64,000 nt of DNA from the human T2T-CHM13v2.0 reference genome, Homo sapiens. This document shows, in pieces, positions 62,121 to 64,000 of the stretch (its first letter is position 1; every line of letters starts with the position of its first letter). The stretch is from NCBI RefSeq assembly GCF_009914755.1, contig NC_060937.1; one strand, 5' to 3'. The notes beneath the pieces are model-generated. The model searched no databases. It was not told the DNA's origin and was given only the letters and a program-made list of their open reading frames with translations. Both the position numbers and the translations under genes were made by a program.

Positions 62121-64000
62121 ATTGTCAACTGTACATAAAATATCAAAGTAGCCAAAATATATATAGTATACCGTACATAAAATATAAAAGTACCCCAAAT
62201 ATGTATTATATACTGTACATAAAATATCAAAGTACCGATAATACATATTATATAGTGTACATAAAATATCAGAGGACCCAAAATAAACATTATATACTGT
62301 ACATAAAATATCCAAATACTCAAAATATATATTACATACGGTACATAAAATATCAAAGTACCCAAATTATGTATTATATACTGTACATAAAATATCAGAG
62401 TACCCAAAATATGCATTATATACTGTACATAAAATATGAAAGTAACAAAACATTTATAATAAACTGTACATAAAATATCAAAGTACTCAAACTATATATC
62501 ATATACTGTACATAAAATATCAAAGTACCCAAACTGTGTATTATTACATACTGTATATAAAATATCAAAGTACCTGAAATATATACTGTATACTGTACAT
62601 AAAATATCAAAGTACCCAAAATATATACTATATACTGTACATAAAATATGAAGGTACATCAAATATATATTATATCCTGTACATAAAATATCAAAGTACA
62701 CCTATTATATATTGTGTACTGTACATAATATATTAAATCGCCCAAATATATATTGTATACTGTATATAAAATATGAAGGTACTTCAAATATATATTATAT
62801 GCTGCACATAAAATATCAAAGTACCCAAAGTATGCATTACATACTGTACATAAAATATCAAAGTACACATATTATCTATTATATAATGTACATAAAATAT
62901 GAAGGTTCATCAAATATATATTATATTCTGTACATAATATATCAAAGTACATCAAATATATATTATATACTGTACATAAAATATCAAAGTACCAAAAATA
63001 TGTATTATATACTGTACATAAAACATGAAAGTAACCAAACATTTATAATAAACTGTACTTAAAATATCAAAGTACTCAATCTACATATTATATACAGTAT
63101 ATAAAATATCAAAGTACACAAACTGTATATTATATACTGTACATAATATATCAAAGTACCCAGAATATATAGCATACTGTACTTAAAATATCAAAGTACC
63201 CAAAATATATATTGTATACTGTACATAAAATATGAAGGTACATCAAAGATATATTATATTCTGTACATAAAATATCAAAGTACACCAAATATATATTATA
63301 TGCTGTACATAATATATTAAAGTTGCCCATATATACATTATATACTGTACATAAAATATGAACGTACATCAAATATATAGTATATGCTGCACATAAAATA
63401 TCAAAGTACCCAAAGTATGTATTATACACTGTACATAAAATATCAAAGTACCAAAAGTATATATTACATACTGTAAATAAAATATGAAGGTACCTCAAAT
63501 ATATATTATATTCTGTACATAAAATATCAAAGTACACCAAGTATATACTATATACTCTGCATAAAATATTAAATTACCCAAAATATGTATTGCATTGTGT
63601 ACATAAAATATGAAAGTAACCAAACATTTATAATAAACTGTACATAAAATATCAAAGTACTCAAACTGTATATTATATACTGTACATAAAGTATCAAAGT
63701 ACCCAAACTGTGTAGTATATACTGTACATAAAATATCAAGGTACCCAAAATATATATTGTAAACTGTAGATAAAATATCAAAGTACCCAAAATATATATT
63801 ATATACTGTACATAAAATATGAAGGCACATCCAATATATATTATATTCTGTACATAAAATATCAAAGTACACCAAATGTATATTATATACTGTACATAAA
63901 ATATCAAAGTACCCAAAGTGTATATTATATACTGTACATAAAATATGAAGATTCATCAAATATATTTTATATTCTGCACATAATATATCAAAGTACAGCA

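Larger units (their letters stand above)
1..64000 (+). repeat. Human Satellite 1A (HSat1A / SAR / classical satellite I) 42-bp tandem array, ~1,500 monomers, single orientation
   Basis: Continuous 42-bp periodicity, consensus ACATAAAATATCAAAGTACCCAAAATATATATTATATACTGT. Two GTAC (RsaI) sites per monomer give the 17-bp and 25-bp sub-units classically described for satellite I. Very AT-rich with C>G on this strand and very few CpG. No unique sequence seen anywhere. Confidence 0.96.

Noticed and set aside
371-63959. Hundreds of 60-197 aa ORFs rich in Y/I/F/C (e.g. YFDILCTVYNIYFG repeats) on both strands
   Set aside because: A 42-bp monomer equals 14 codons, so stop-free frames of the satellite translate into 14-aa repeats. 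The ORFs overlap in several frames and on both strands, end at random point variants and resemble no protein family I recognise.
1-64000. CRISPR-like appearance (conserved CTGTACATAAAATATCAAAGTAC core alternating with a more variable part)
   Set aside because: The variable parts are ~19-bp diverged copies of one consensus, not unique spacers. There is no leader and no cas genes.
1-64000. HSat1B/DYZ2, alpha satellite, HSat2/3 or telomeric identity
   Set aside because: No Alu fragment or 2.4-kb unit, no 171-bp monomer or CENP-B box, and no CATTC or TTAGGG repeats.
1-64000. Embedded transposon, inversion or unique island
   Set aside because: On reading through, every line conforms to the 42-bp monomer in the same orientation. 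I saw no strand switch, poly(A) tail or GC-rich insert, though a very short one could be missed by eye.
1-64000. TATA-box-like motifs (TATATAAAA) as promoters
   Set aside because: Expected by chance in this TA-rich repeat, with no other promoter context.

Overview
The whole 64 kb window is one uninterrupted, single-orientation array of a very AT-rich 42-bp satellite (consensus ACATAAAATATCAAAGT+ACCCAAAATATATATTATATACTGT, alternating 17- and 25-bp RsaI/GTAC sub-units), about 1,500 monomers. This matches human classical Satellite 1A (HSat1A/SAR), so the window is most likely human or great-ape pericentromeric or acrocentric heterochromatin. I see no genes, transposons, RNA genes or CRISPR arrays. 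The listed ORFs are by-products of a 42-bp (14-codon) repeat. The real content is nested architecture, read from rare variant monomers and offsets between identical ORF translations. There is a 72-monomer ~3,013-bp higher-order unit (A), a ~3,307-bp unit (B, with 7 extra monomers) and an A+B dimer of 6,330 bp. Units are edited by whole-monomer deletions and duplications (924, 543, 377, 251 and 207 bp lost; 1,045, 794, 419 and 209 bp gained). Near-identical multi-kb blocks recur at offsets of 5,406, 12,143, 16,126, 17,288, 33,334 and 49,667 bp. One functional hypothesis stands out: on the + strand most monomers carry TGTACATA, a perfect Pumilio response element, with AATAAA signals interspersed. 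Breakpoint coordinates are approximate, read by eye and accurate to about one monomer.
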